DNA of 64,000 bases from Candidatus Latescibacterota bacterium (GTDB lineage Bacteria > Latescibacterota > UBA2968 > UBA8231). The stretch is from NCBI GenBank assembly GCA_965248355.1, contig OZ252098.1, positions 512,001 through 576,000 on the forward strand, in the 5' to 3' direction. Shown here one piece after another: positions 27,307 to 36,312 of the stretch (the first letter of the stretch is position 1; each line of letters begins with the position of its first letter). The notes under the pieces were generated by a model that was not told the DNA's origin, made no database searches, and was given only the letters and a program-made list of their open reading frames with translations. A program made the position numbers and the translations under genes.

Positions 27307-28125
27307 GTGCAGTCCTTGATCGCCGCGCTCAACGGCCTGGCCAACAGCCTCTTCGACGCCGGCCTGTCCCTGCCCGGCGCCCTGGGATGGAGCGCCGGGA
27401 TGGGCGCCGTGGCCCTCCTCCTCGGGGTGTCCACGGCGGCGGTCTTCCTCTGCCTCGCGGACAGGTCCGCCCTGGGGGCCGCCCGGGGGGAGCTGCGCGC
27501 CAGCCTGCTCGAGACCTGGCTCTACCGCCACGATCCCGCCCTCGTCCTGCGCGCCGAGTGCCGGCTCCTGCGGGCCAACGGCCGCTACCTGCGGGGCCTG
27601 CTACCGCCCCTGGTGGTCTCCGCCGCGGTGGCGGCGCCCGTGCTCGTGCAGTCCTGGCACCGCTTCGGCCTGGAGCCCCTGCCGCCGGGAGCGGAGGTCC
27701 TGCTGACGGTGGAGGTGGAGGCCGGGGCGGGAGATCCGGCGTGGCCGGAGCTGGCGTGGGGGACGGGCCGGGGAGAGGTCACCGCCGTCGTCAGGGAGCC
27801 CTCCGTGGACCGGATCGTCTGGCGTCTGCGCCCTCTGGAGACCGGGGTCCACGCCCTGCACCTGTCCGGCCCCTTCGGGTCCGAGGCCTTCCCCCTCTTC
27901 GTGGGCTCCGCGGGAAGCAGCATCGCCGCCTCGAGGGAGTCGAGCCCGTGGCGGCTGCTGCTTCATCCGCGGGGCCCGCCCCTGCCGGCGGGGTCGGGGC
28001 TGCGGCGCATCTGGGTGGAGTACCCGCGCTCCGGGGCGGAGCGGCTGGTCTGGCCCGCGGCCCTGTCGCTGCTGGCCGCCTTCGTCACGTACCGGCTCAC
28101 GGGGCGGTTCGGCCGCCGATCGTGA
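27307..28125 (+). CDS. Hypothetical membrane protein
   Basis: Three hydrophobic segments with a helical linker. Follows the phosphodiesterase genes in an operon. Confidence 0.65.
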   Translation: MQSLIAALNGLANSLFDAGLSLPGALGWSAGMGAVALLLGVSTAAVFLCLADRSALGAARGELRASLLETWLYRHDPALVLRAECRLLRANGRYLRGLLPPLVVSAAVAAPVLVQSWHRFGLEPLPPGAEVLLTVEVEAGAGDPAWPELAWGTGRGEVTAVVREPSVDRIVWRLRPLETGVHALHLSGPFGSEAFPLFVGSAGSSIAASRESSPWRLLLHPRGPPLPAGSGLRRIWVEYPRSGAERLVWPAALSLLAAFVTYRLTGRFGRRS

Positions 28126-28249
28126 TGCAGCTTCCAGGAGACGTGATCCTCTCCGGTGGAGGCGGACCGGCGCAGGTCCTGCCGGCGCGCGAGCGCCGCC
28201 AACGCAACTCACCGGCCGAGGGGCCGGCAACCGAAAGGAGATCCCGGCC

Positions 28250-29389
28250 GTGGACACACCCGCGAGCAGGATGCAGTACGCCGAGGGCATGCTCAAGCGT
28301 CTGTGCGAGGAGATCGGGCCGCACCCGTCCGGCACGGCCGAGTTCGAGGAGGTGGTGCGCATCGTGCACGAAGACCTGCGAACCTCCTTCGCCGACGTGC
28401 AGCTCGACCGCTACCTGGACTTCTGGGCGGCCCTTCCCATCCCCGAGATCTGTCACAAGGGCAAGCGCCTCGCCTTGGGGGTCGCCGAGAACTGCGCGGG
28501 GACGACGGACGCGGGCTTCGACGGCGTGATCCGGGGCGCCGCCGGCGACCCCTGCCTCTACGCCATCGAGAAGGTCGAGAGCGGCCGGACCGAGGCCCAC
28601 ATCCAGGTGAGCCGCGACGTCGGCGTCGAGCCCGTCTACCTCTACGGCGACGACGTCCTCTGCCCCCCGAGGTTCGTCGCCGGCATCCGCGACGTCCCCT
28701 TCCTGGACATGCTGGTCCGGGAGGAGGCGGTGGTGCAGGTGCGACTGCGCGTCGTCTACGCCCCCGAGCGCCCGACCCACAACATCATCGCCCGCATCCC
28801 CGGGAAGGAGGCCGGCGAGGTCATCGTCATGGCCCACGCCGACTCCGTGATCCGCTCCGAGGGGGCCAACGACAACATGGCCTCCGCCATCGTCGCCATG
28901 ATGCTCGCCCACGCCTTCGCCGGCGCCGGCGCGCGGCCGGAGAAGACTCTCACCTTCGTGATCACGGGGAGCGAGGAGTACGGGCTGGCCGGAGCCCGGC
29001 ACTACGTGAAACGGAGGATCGAGGAGGACACCCACCGCGAGATCGGGTGCGTGATCAACTTCGACTCCCTCACCTACGGGCCGAACCTCTGGCCCTCGAC
29101 CCACGACCCGGAGCTGATGGCCCTGGTCCGCCAGGTCCACGAGGACCTGGGGTCGGAGACGGTCCCCATCTACGACGAGTCCCCCTGCTGGCAGAACGAC
29201 GCCGCCCCCTTCAAGGGCCTGAACCCGGGGATCACTGGGATCGACTTCAACAGCCGCGGGTACGACACCCTGGCGGCCAACCACTCTCCCGCGGACGACG
29301 CCGCCAACGTCCCCCTGGACTGCGTGGAGAGCGCCTTCCTGACGCTGAAGGAGGTGGTGGCGCGTGTAGCGGGGGTCGGGGGAAGCTGA
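28250..29389 (+). CDS. M28 family metallopeptidase (no signal peptide)
   Basis: [27 protein letters not shown] and HSPAD motifs. AAAGGAG RBS. Confidence 0.85.
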   Translation: MDTPASRMQYAEGMLKRLCEEIGPHPSGTAEFEEVVRIVHEDLRTSFADVQLDRYLDFWAALPIPEICHKGKRLALGVAENCAGTTDAGFDGVIRGAAGDPCLYAIEKVESGRTEAHIQVSRDVGVEPVYLYGDDVLCPPRFVAGIRDVPFLDMLVREEAVVQVRLRVVYAPERPTHNIIARIPGKEAGEVIVMAHADSVIRSEGANDNMASAIVAMMLAHAFAGAGARPEKTLTFVITGSEEYGLAGARHYVKRRIEEDTHREIGCVINFDSLTYGPNLWPSTHDPELMALVRQVHEDLGSETVPIYDESPCWQNDAAPFKGLNPGITGIDFNSRGYDTLAANHSPADDAANVPLDCVESAFLTLKEVVARVAGVGGS

Positions 29390-29419
29390 GGCGCGGGGGA
29401 GCGCCTTTGCCGGCGGTCC

Positions 29420-30159
29420 CGGGCGCAGCCCCGCAGGTCGCGCAGAAGAGGCTCCTCCTCCACGCACCGCGGCTCGACCAGCGGACAGCGGCCGCAGAAC
29501 TTGCAGCCCTCCGGCGGGTCGGCCGGGTTCGGCGTGTCCCCCTGGGAGCGCACGATCTCCACGCCGTCCATGTCCGGGCCCTCGACGACCATGAGCTCGA
29601 GGATGAGGCTCACCCGCTCGCCGTCGGGCCCCAGGCGGAAGCCGGCGTCGTCGCGGCGGTCGAGCCCGATCGAGTCGAGCAGGGCGCGGGCCCGCTCCGG
29701 ATCGTAGCGGGTGTGGTCGGGCGCCTCCGGCACCTCCGCCGTAGCAGAGGCGGTTGATCAGCTCCCGGTCGATGGCCAGCGACAGGGCGATGCGCAGGTG
29801 GTTCTGCAGCAGCTCCCGGACTACCGGGTCTCCGGGGTACTCCAGGTTGGGCATGATCCCCCGGATGCCGGGGGCGTCGTACTCGATGATGCGGTAGCCG
29901 CGCTCCTCGGTGAAGGAGCGCAGCAGGGGCAGGTCCTCGCGGTTGAAGCGTGGAAGTCGCTGGAGCCGCGCATCATCCGGTGCCAGGTGCCGCCGTAGCG
30001 CCCGATCTCGTGGGCCGGCGCCACCACCATCGGCTCCGGCGGCAGGCGCTCGGCCAGCGGCGGCAGCTCGCCCCGCCGGACCGCTTCCTCCAGCATGGGC
30101 GCCTGGCGGTAGGCCATCGCCCCGGCCTCCGGCGCCAGCGCCAGGAGAAGGAACCCCAT
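29420..30159 (-). pseudogene. Collapsed remnant of a peptide/oligosaccharide (Opp/Dpp family 5) ABC transporter operon
   Basis: SBP N-terminus APML...V..GELPPLAERLP.EP...EIGRYGGT. Other frames give RIALSLAIDRELIN and YDPERARALLD.IGL...G.RL.PDG, fused to an OppF/DppF C-terminus GD.PNP.DPP.GC.F..RCP....C...EP.L. Confidence 0.8.
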
Positions 30160-30358
30160 GACGGGCAGGCGGCTCCGGCGCCCTCTCGCCGCGGTGCTCA
30201 CCGGCAAACGAGTCTCTCCCTCGATGAAGGTGCGAAACCCGTGAACACAGGCGGAGGATCGGCGGCGTGCCCGGTGCGGTCCCGCCCATTTCGTTTGCCC
30301 CGCCCGCCGCCCGAGGCGAGCTTGACCGCACGAAAACCCCATCCCCAGGAGTCGGCCC

Positions 30359-31609
30359 ATGAGACGACGGCGGTTCATCGGCGCCTTCGGAAGCTCACTG
30401 GCCGCATCGGCGGCTCTCGGTCCCCTGCCGCTGCTGTCGGCCGCCCTCGACAGCCGCCACCTCGTGGCCACCCCGGAGGACCGGGCCCGCTACCTGGCGC
30501 GCATGCTCGACCTGCTGTGCACGCAGTTCGGCCCCCGGTTCGCCGGCAGCGAGGATTACGACCGGTCCGCGGAGCTCATCCGCCGGGAGCTGGCCCTGGC
30601 CGTGCCGCGGACCGAGTTGGACTGGTTCGAGTTCCGGGGCTGGCGCCTGGTGGAGGAGCCCGTGTTCTACTGCGGCGGCCGCAGCCTCGAGTGCTATCCC
30701 GCCTTCGGCAGCGCCGAGCCCCCGGAGACAGGGGCCCGCGGGATCGTGAAGAGGCAGGCGGAGGGGGATCGTTTCGCCATTGTCGACCCCGCATCGGGAG
30801 TGACGGCCGCCAACGTGACGATCAGCGCCTACGGGCGCGCCGTGACCGGCGTCATGTCACCCGACCACGAGGCCGCCGGCATCCCCAGGGTGTGCGTCGG
30901 CAAGCAGGACGTTCCCTTCCTCGAGCAGGCCGCCAGCGAGGGGGCCCTGGCGCGCCTGCACTTCAGATCGGAGTTCGTCCCCGGCGCCCGCACCTGCAAC
31001 ATCGTCGGCACCCTGCCCGGCGAGACGGAGGAGGAGATCCTCGTCTTCGCCCACGCCGACACCCAGTACAACACGCCTGGCGCCAACGACAACACCGCCT
31101 CCCTCATCGTCGTGCTCATGCTGGCTCACGCCGCGTCGGGGACCCGTCCGCGGCGGACCCTCACCTTCATGGGCACCGGCGCCGAGGAGTACAACCTGCT
31201 CGGGGCCCGGCACTACGCCGCCCGCCGGGAGGCCGAGGGCACCCTCGACCGCATCCGGTTCTGCGTGAACTTCGATTCCCTCACCTACGGTCCCAACCTC
31301 TACGTGCACACCGACGACGCCGAGCTGGTGCGGGTCATGGAGGCCATCCACGGCGATCTGCGCCCCTACAACCAGTTCGACCCGGCCTATCCCATCGCCT
31401 TCGAGTACCAGGACTTCATCCGCAGCGAAGCGCTGATCTTCAGCGAGGCCGGCGCCCGCACCATCGATCTCAACAGCCGGGGGTACGACGAGGAGCAGCT
31501 GCCCCTGTGGCACCGCCCCGAGGACACGGCCGGGACCGTGCCCCTCGACTGCGTGGAGAACAGCTTCCGGGTCTTCGACGAGTACCTGCGCAGAATCCAG
31601 GCGCTCTAG
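30359..31609 (+). CDS. M28 family metallopeptidase with Tat signal
   Basis: MRRRRFIG twin-arginine signal. AHADT, GANDNTAS, GAEEY, VNFDS and WHRPED motifs. Confidence 0.85.
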   Translation: MRRRRFIGAFGSSLAASAALGPLPLLSAALDSRHLVATPEDRARYLARMLDLLCTQFGPRFAGSEDYDRSAELIRRELALAVPRTELDWFEFRGWRLVEEPVFYCGGRSLECYPAFGSAEPPETGARGIVKRQAEGDRFAIVDPASGVTAANVTISAYGRAVTGVMSPDHEAAGIPRVCVGKQDVPFLEQAASEGALARLHFRSEFVPGARTCNIVGTLPGETEEEILVFAHADTQYNTPGANDNTASLIVVLMLAHAASGTRPRRTLTFMGTGAEEYNLLGARHYAARREAEGTLDRIRFCVNFDSLTYGPNLYVHTDDAELVRVMEAIHGDLRPYNQFDPAYPIAFEYQDFIRSEALIFSEAGARTIDLNSRGYDEEQLPLWHRPEDTAGTVPLDCVENSFRVFDEYLRRIQAL

Positions 31610-31629
31610 TGTCGCGTCCGACAAATGAG

Positions 31630-31658
31630 TTGTAAAAACAGAGTCAAGGCCTTATCTT
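31630..31658 (+). promoter_or_regulatory. Transposase promoter, probably leaderless
   Basis: TTGTAA-N17-TATCTT, with ATG 31665 following after 6 nt. Confidence 0.5.
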
Positions 31659-31664
31659 CAGGCC

Positions 31665-32753
31665 ATGGCCCGCCCGGTGTCCCGCCTTGAGTTGACCGCG
31701 TCCGAGCGACAGGAGTTGGAGCGTCGCGTCAGGGCCCCCTCCGCGTCCCAGCGCGACAGCCTGCGCGCGGCCATCGTCCTGCGCCGGGCCGAAGGGATCA
31801 AGCAGGTGCAGGTGGCCGCCGAGTTGGGCGCCAGTGTGGCGTGTGTGAACAAGTGGTCGCAACGCTTTGATCGCGAGGGTTTGGCGGGACTGAACGACGC
31901 CAAGGGCCGGGGCCGGCCGGCGAGCTTGCCGGCGGACAAGGTCGAGCAGGTCCTCACCGCGGTCACGCAGCCGCCGAAGCCGCGCACGCGCTGGAGCGTG
32001 CGCTCGATGGCCCAGGCGGCGGGGATGTCGCCGGACAGCGTGCACCGGATCTGGAAGGCCAACGACATCAAGCCCCATTTGACCAAGACCTTCAAGGTCT
32101 CCACGGACCCGCACTTCGAGGAAAAATTCTGGGACGTGATCGGGCTCTACCTGGATCCCCCCGAGCGCGCGCTGGTGCTGTGCTGTGACGAGAAGAGCCA
32201 GTGCCAGGCGCTGGAACGGACCCAGCCGGGCTTGCCGCTGGGGATCGGCGACATCCGCACCCGGACCCACGATTACAAGCGCCACGGTACGATCACCTTG
32301 TTCGCCGCGCTCAACTACCTCGACGGCAAGCTCATCGCGCGTCTGGAGGCGCGTCATACCCACGTCGAATGGCTCCGCTTTCTCAAGCAGATCGACCGCG
32401 AGACGCCCAAGAACCTGTCGCTGCACCTGATCGTGGACAACGCCGGCCCCCACAAGGAGGAGAGCGTGCAGCATTGGTTGTCTCGGCATCGGCGCTTCCA
32501 TGTCCATTTCACCCCCACCAGTTCCTCCTGGATGAACTTGGTCGAACGGTTCTTCGGCGAGCTGACGCAGGATGTGATTCGGGACGGCAGCTTTGCCAGC
32601 GTCGGGGAGTTGGTGCGCGACATCGAAGCCTACTTGGCGCAGCGGAACTTGGCCCCCAAACCCTACCGCTGGAAGGCCGACGGCGAGACCATCCTGCGCA
32701 AGATCCAGCGCGCTCGGGAGACGGTGGCGGCGACATCGGACAGCCCTTGTTGA
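31665..32753 (+). CDS. IS630 family transposase
   Basis: N-terminal HTH (V.KW..RF..EGL.GL.D....GRP). DDE triad in CCDEKS, IVDNAGPHK and SWMNLVERFF. Confidence 0.95.
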   Translation: MARPVSRLELTASERQELERRVRAPSASQRDSLRAAIVLRRAEGIKQVQVAAELGASVACVNKWSQRFDREGLAGLNDAKGRGRPASLPADKVEQVLTAVTQPPKPRTRWSVRSMAQAAGMSPDSVHRIWKANDIKPHLTKTFKVSTDPHFEEKFWDVIGLYLDPPERALVLCCDEKSQCQALERTQPGLPLGIGDIRTRTHDYKRHGTITLFAALNYLDGKLIARLEARHTHVEWLRFLKQIDRETPKNLSLHLIVDNAGPHKEESVQHWLSRHRRFHVHFTPTSSSWMNLVERFFGELTQDVIRDGSFASVGELVRDIEAYLAQRNLAPKPYRWKADGETILRKIQRARETVAATSDSPC

Positions 32754-32841
32754 TTCTTCTTAATTCTCGGACGGGACACTAGCCGCGGGGCCTCGCCTCC
32801 CCCGAGGGGGATCCTGGAATCGCTACGGGACACGGAGGCCG

Positions 32842-32870
32842 TTGATGAGCGGGGCCCGCCGCCGTACCAT
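32842..32870 (+). promoter_or_regulatory. Sigma70-type promoter
   Basis: TTGATG-N17-TACCAT upstream of ATG 32907. Confidence 0.45.
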
Positions 32871-32906
32871 GCCGGCCCCGCAACCGATTCCGGAGATGGG
32901 CGAGCC

Positions 32907-34250
32907 ATGAAACGACGCGACCTCCTGAAAGGGCTGATCCTCGCACCCGCAGCCGATCTCGCCCCGGTCCTGGAGGCGGAGGCCGCCGCGGACAGCCCCG
33001 CCGGGGCCGCGGCGGAACCGACGGTGGGCGGCGCCGGCCCGGCGATCCGCTCGCAGATCGCGGGCCTGAGCCTCGAGGCCCTCCGCGAGCGCTACCGCAG
33101 CGACCTCTTCGACGACTACGTGCCGTTCTGGGAGAGGAGCGGCTTCGACTTCGAGCTCGGCGGCTTCATGTGCGCCGTCGATCACGACGGCACGCAGGTG
33201 AACACCGACAAGCACATGTGGTACCAGGGGCGGGGGATGTGGACCCACGCCTTCCTCTACAACCACTTCGGCGGTGAGATCCACCTCGAGATGGCGAGGA
33301 AGACGCGGGACTTCATCCTGCGCCACGGCATGGACGAGGAGGGCAACTGGGTCCGGGCCCTGGACCGGGAGGGCCGCCACCTGGCCGGTGCCGACCGCAT
33401 GGGATACACCGCCCTCTTCGTCGCCGAGGGGCTCCAGGAGTACGCCCGCGCCGCCGGCGACAAGGAGTCCATGGAGCTCGCCGTCGAGAGCTTCTGGAAG
33501 GGAGCCAGGCTGTACGACGATCCGGAGCGGGACGTGGGGCAGGGCTACCTGCCGGTCAGCTATTCCGGGATGCGCATCCAGGGCTTCGAGATGGTCACCA
33601 TCGTGCTGCTGACCCAGCTGTTGCAGAAACATCCGGACGCCAGGCTGGAGGCGCGCCTCGCCCACGCGGTGGACGCCGTCATGGACCGGTTCTGGAACCC
33701 CGAGTACCGGCTCAACAACGAAGCCCTGAACCACGACTACGAGCGCCCGGACGACGACAACGAGGACTACATCTATCTCGGCCACGCCATCGAGACCTTC
33801 TGGATGATCCTCCACGAGGCGCTGCGCAGGGGGGACCGGGCCCTCTTCGACCTGGCCGCCGAGCGCCTCGAGCGGCACCTGGAGGTCGCCTGGGACGACG
33901 TCTACGGCGGCTTCTTCCGGGCCATGGAGGTCAACGGATCCTTCACCTTCGACAAGGTGCTGTGGCTCCAGGAGGAGGTGCTCATCGGCGCCATGGTCCT
34001 CCTCGAGCACACCCGTCTCGAGTGGCCCGAGCGGTGGTTCGGCCGCACCTTCCGCTACGTGCAGGAGAGGTTTCCGCTGAAGCCCCACGGCTATCCCATG
34101 TGGATCATGGGAGGCGACCGCAAGGTCACCTTCCGCCCCCACACGTCGCGCAAGGGCAACTACCACCACCCCCGCCACCTGATGCTCAACCTCCTCGCCA
34201 TCGACCGCATGATGGCGCGGGGCGGCCGGGTGAGCGCCGTCTGGCAGTAG
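32907..34250 (+). CDS. AGE-family (N-acylglucosamine 2-epimerase-like) epimerase/isomerase with Tat signal
   Basis: MKRRDLLKGL Tat signal. D.E.GGF, K.MWYQGR..W, GHAIE..W, WD..YGG and YHHPR motifs. Confidence 0.85.
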   Translation: MKRRDLLKGLILAPAADLAPVLEAEAAADSPAGAAAEPTVGGAGPAIRSQIAGLSLEALRERYRSDLFDDYVPFWERSGFDFELGGFMCAVDHDGTQVNTDKHMWYQGRGMWTHAFLYNHFGGEIHLEMARKTRDFILRHGMDEEGNWVRALDREGRHLAGADRMGYTALFVAEGLQEYARAAGDKESMELAVESFWKGARLYDDPERDVGQGYLPVSYSGMRIQGFEMVTIVLLTQLLQKHPDARLEARLAHAVDAVMDRFWNPEYRLNNEALNHDYERPDDDNEDYIYLGHAIETFWMILHEALRRGDRALFDLAAERLERHLEVAWDDVYGGFFRAMEVNGSFTFDKVLWLQEEVLIGAMVLLEHTRLEWPERWFGRTFRYVQERFPLKPHGYPMWIMGGDRKVTFRPHTSRKGNYHHPRHLMLNLLAIDRMMARGGRVSAVWQ

Positions 34251-34298
34251 AGGGGCGTCCGCCCCGAGAGGTGAGCCGGTCCCGCCCCGGGGCCGGGC

Positions 34299-36275
34299 TC
34301 AGATCACGAAGATCATGTTGTCGGTCATGCCCGTGAAGGCGTCGATCAGCGTCCACGCGCCGACCGAGACGAACTGACCCAGCACCAGGCCCAGGAAGAA
34401 GGGCCGCAGGGCGCGGAACATCCTGGGCCCGCCGTAGTGCAGGACGGCGATCTTCACCAGCCAGGCCAGGAAGATGCTGAACCAGGTCCAGTCCATCACC
34501 CGGCTGCCGGCGACGGTCAGCCCCAGGGGATGCAGGGGCCACCAGAGGTACTTGTACCGCAGGAAGGTGAGCAGCCCCATGGCCGAGGCCCCGAAGCCCA
34601 TGTTCATCCACATCCCCCAGGTCAGCTCGATGGGGCGGCTGACCACCGTGGAGACCAGGTTGAAGGGCAGCAGGTTCGCCCCCAGGCAGAACCAGCCGTG
34701 GATGTTCACGCCCCCCACGTCGTAGGCCAGCCGGAGCATGAGGCCGAAGGAGACCACCATCGACACCGCGAGGGAGGCGAAGACGCAGCCGAAGACGCGC
34801 CGCTTGCGGCCCCGGAAGCGCTCGTCGTCGAGCAGCTTCAGGCCGTTGGCGATCGACGCCATCAGGAAGGTCCGGATGTCCGAGGACCAGCCGTAGGTAT
34901 AGCCCAGGGCGGTCACGCCCTGCGCTCCCAGGGCGGGGGTGCCCACCGCGTAGAGCATGAAGTTCGGGGCGATGAGGGGCGCCCGGCAGGCCGCCATTCC
35001 ACCTTCGACGACGATGCGGGAAATGGCGATGAAGATGACGAAGGAGATGAACAGGAACAGGGCGCCGGCCCACAGGGGCAGGCCGGCGGCGTTCAGCCAG
35101 ACCAGCATGACCGCCGCCGAGACCAGCAGGCCGAGAAGGGCGTTCCGGTAGGAGAGGATCTCGTGGGAGTCGTCCACCTCCGGGGCCCGCGAGAAAGCCT
35201 TCCTCGCCACATCCTTCAGGTGGGCTCTGGCGACCCAGGCTCCGTAGAGGACGAGGGTCAGCATCGCTCCGATGGCGGTGGAGGAGAAGATCCCCGAGCT
35301 GCCGCCGTAGTGGTTGACCCGCAGCCGCAGGTAGACCCCCACGGTGTTGAAGACCCCGTTCAGGCACTTGGCGAGGACGTCCAGGAACCAGAGCCCGAAG
35401 GCCACGTCCTGGTTGATCAGGTAAGCGAAGCCCAGCACCGGGAAGCTGATCATGAAGCGCAGCTGGATCGACTCCCGCAGCATGGGCAGGGTGACGCCGG
35501 GATAGAGCACGTTGAGGGAGGGGATGAAGTCGTGGTAGGCGTGGAGGCCGATGGAGGAGGTGATGATCGAGGCGATGGCGAAGCCCAGCCACATGAGGGG
35601 GTTCTTGAAGAAGCCCGACAGCAGGCCGCCGCGGCGGTCCTCGCCGATCATGTCCAGGGGGGCCCGGATGATCGGGTAGATGAGCCTCTCGTTCTCGATC
35701 CACTGCCTGCGCAGGATGACCATGAGGGCCACCATGGCGAAGTAGAAGGCGGCGAAGAACACGCTCCAGAAGGCGAGGGGCCGCAACCACTGGCCCCAGG
35801 GAATGGAGGCGCCTTCCGGCAGCCCCTCGAAGAAGTACTTGCAGGCCAGCGGATCCTCGACCACCATCCAGTCCCGGACGAAGGGGGCCACCAGGTTGGC
35901 CCAGTCGTTCTCGGGGGTGGCGAAATAGGGGAGCGTCGCCATCAGCGGAATCTGGTAGTGCGTCAACCCCATCCCCGTGACCGCGCACGACGTCATCATC
36001 ATCACGTAGACGAGGATCAGCTCCGCCGGCGTGAAGGCCACGCGGGGGCCGAGAAGCTTGAGCACCACGTTGATCCCGGCCACCAGGAAGAAGAACACGA
36101 ACAGGGCGCCCCCGGTGCTGAAGTCGTCGGACATGCGGGAGCTGCGGAGGAAGATCTCCCCGTACTGCGTGCCTCCGGCCACCAGGGCCGAGCAGACCAG
36201 GCCGGTGAGGAAGGCGCGGAGGGTGACGCCGGAGGAGCCCTTTCCGCCGCTTCCGGCCGGTACCGGTTGCGTCAT
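34299..36275 (-). CDS. Polytopic membrane protein, DUF6785/DUF6784 (OPT-transporter-like) family
   Basis: GVTLRAFL.GL, FT.AEL..VY, FFEG......PW..W..PL..W, RRQW...ERL.YP, WWPLHPLG and RPFFLGL.LG motifs. Many TM helices. Confidence 0.75.
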   Translation of the reverse strand: MTQPVPAGSGGKGSSGVTLRAFLTGLVCSALVAGGTQYGEIFLRSSRMSDDFSTGGALFVFFFLVAGINVVLKLLGPRVAFTPAELILVYVMMMTSCAVTGMGLTHYQIPLMATLPYFATPENDWANLVAPFVRDWMVVEDPLACKYFFEGLPEGASIPWGQWLRPLAFWSVFFAAFYFAMVALMVILRRQWIENERLIYPIIRAPLDMIGEDRRGGLLSGFFKNPLMWLGFAIASIITSSIGLHAYHDFIPSLNVLYPGVTLPMLRESIQLRFMISFPVLGFAYLINQDVAFGLWFLDVLAKCLNGVFNTVGVYLRLRVNHYGGSSGIFSSTAIGAMLTLVLYGAWVARAHLKDVARKAFSRAPEVDDSHEILSYRNALLGLLVSAAVMLVWLNAAGLPLWAGALFLFISFVIFIAISRIVVEGGMAACRAPLIAPNFMLYAVGTPALGAQGVTALGYTYGWSSDIRTFLMASIANGLKLLDDERFRGRKRRVFGCVFASLAVSMVVSFGLMLRLAYDVGGVNIHGWFCLGANLLPFNLVSTVVSRPIELTWGMWMNMGFGASAMGLLTFLRYKYLWWPLHPLGLTVAGSRVMDWTWFSIFLAWLVKIAVLHYGGPRMFRALRPFFLGLVLGQFVSVGAWTLIDAFTGMTDNMIFVI

Positions 36276-36312
36276 GCGGCAAGGGTCTCGGGCGTGCGAA
36301 GGGAGAGGCGCT

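Larger units (their letters stand above)
31609..32779 (+). mobile_element. IS630-family insertion sequence
   Basis: 21-bp terminal inverted repeats with 17/21 matches (GTGTCGCGTCCGACAAATGAG / GTGTCCCGTCCGAGAATTAAG). TA duplication at 31607-31608 and 32780-32781 in a CTAG context. Confidence 0.92.

Noticed and set aside
32825-32833. ACGGGACAC, matching the IS630 right end, repeated about 50 bp outside the element
   Set aside because: Only 9 bp and without the TA/CTAG context, so likely coincidence.
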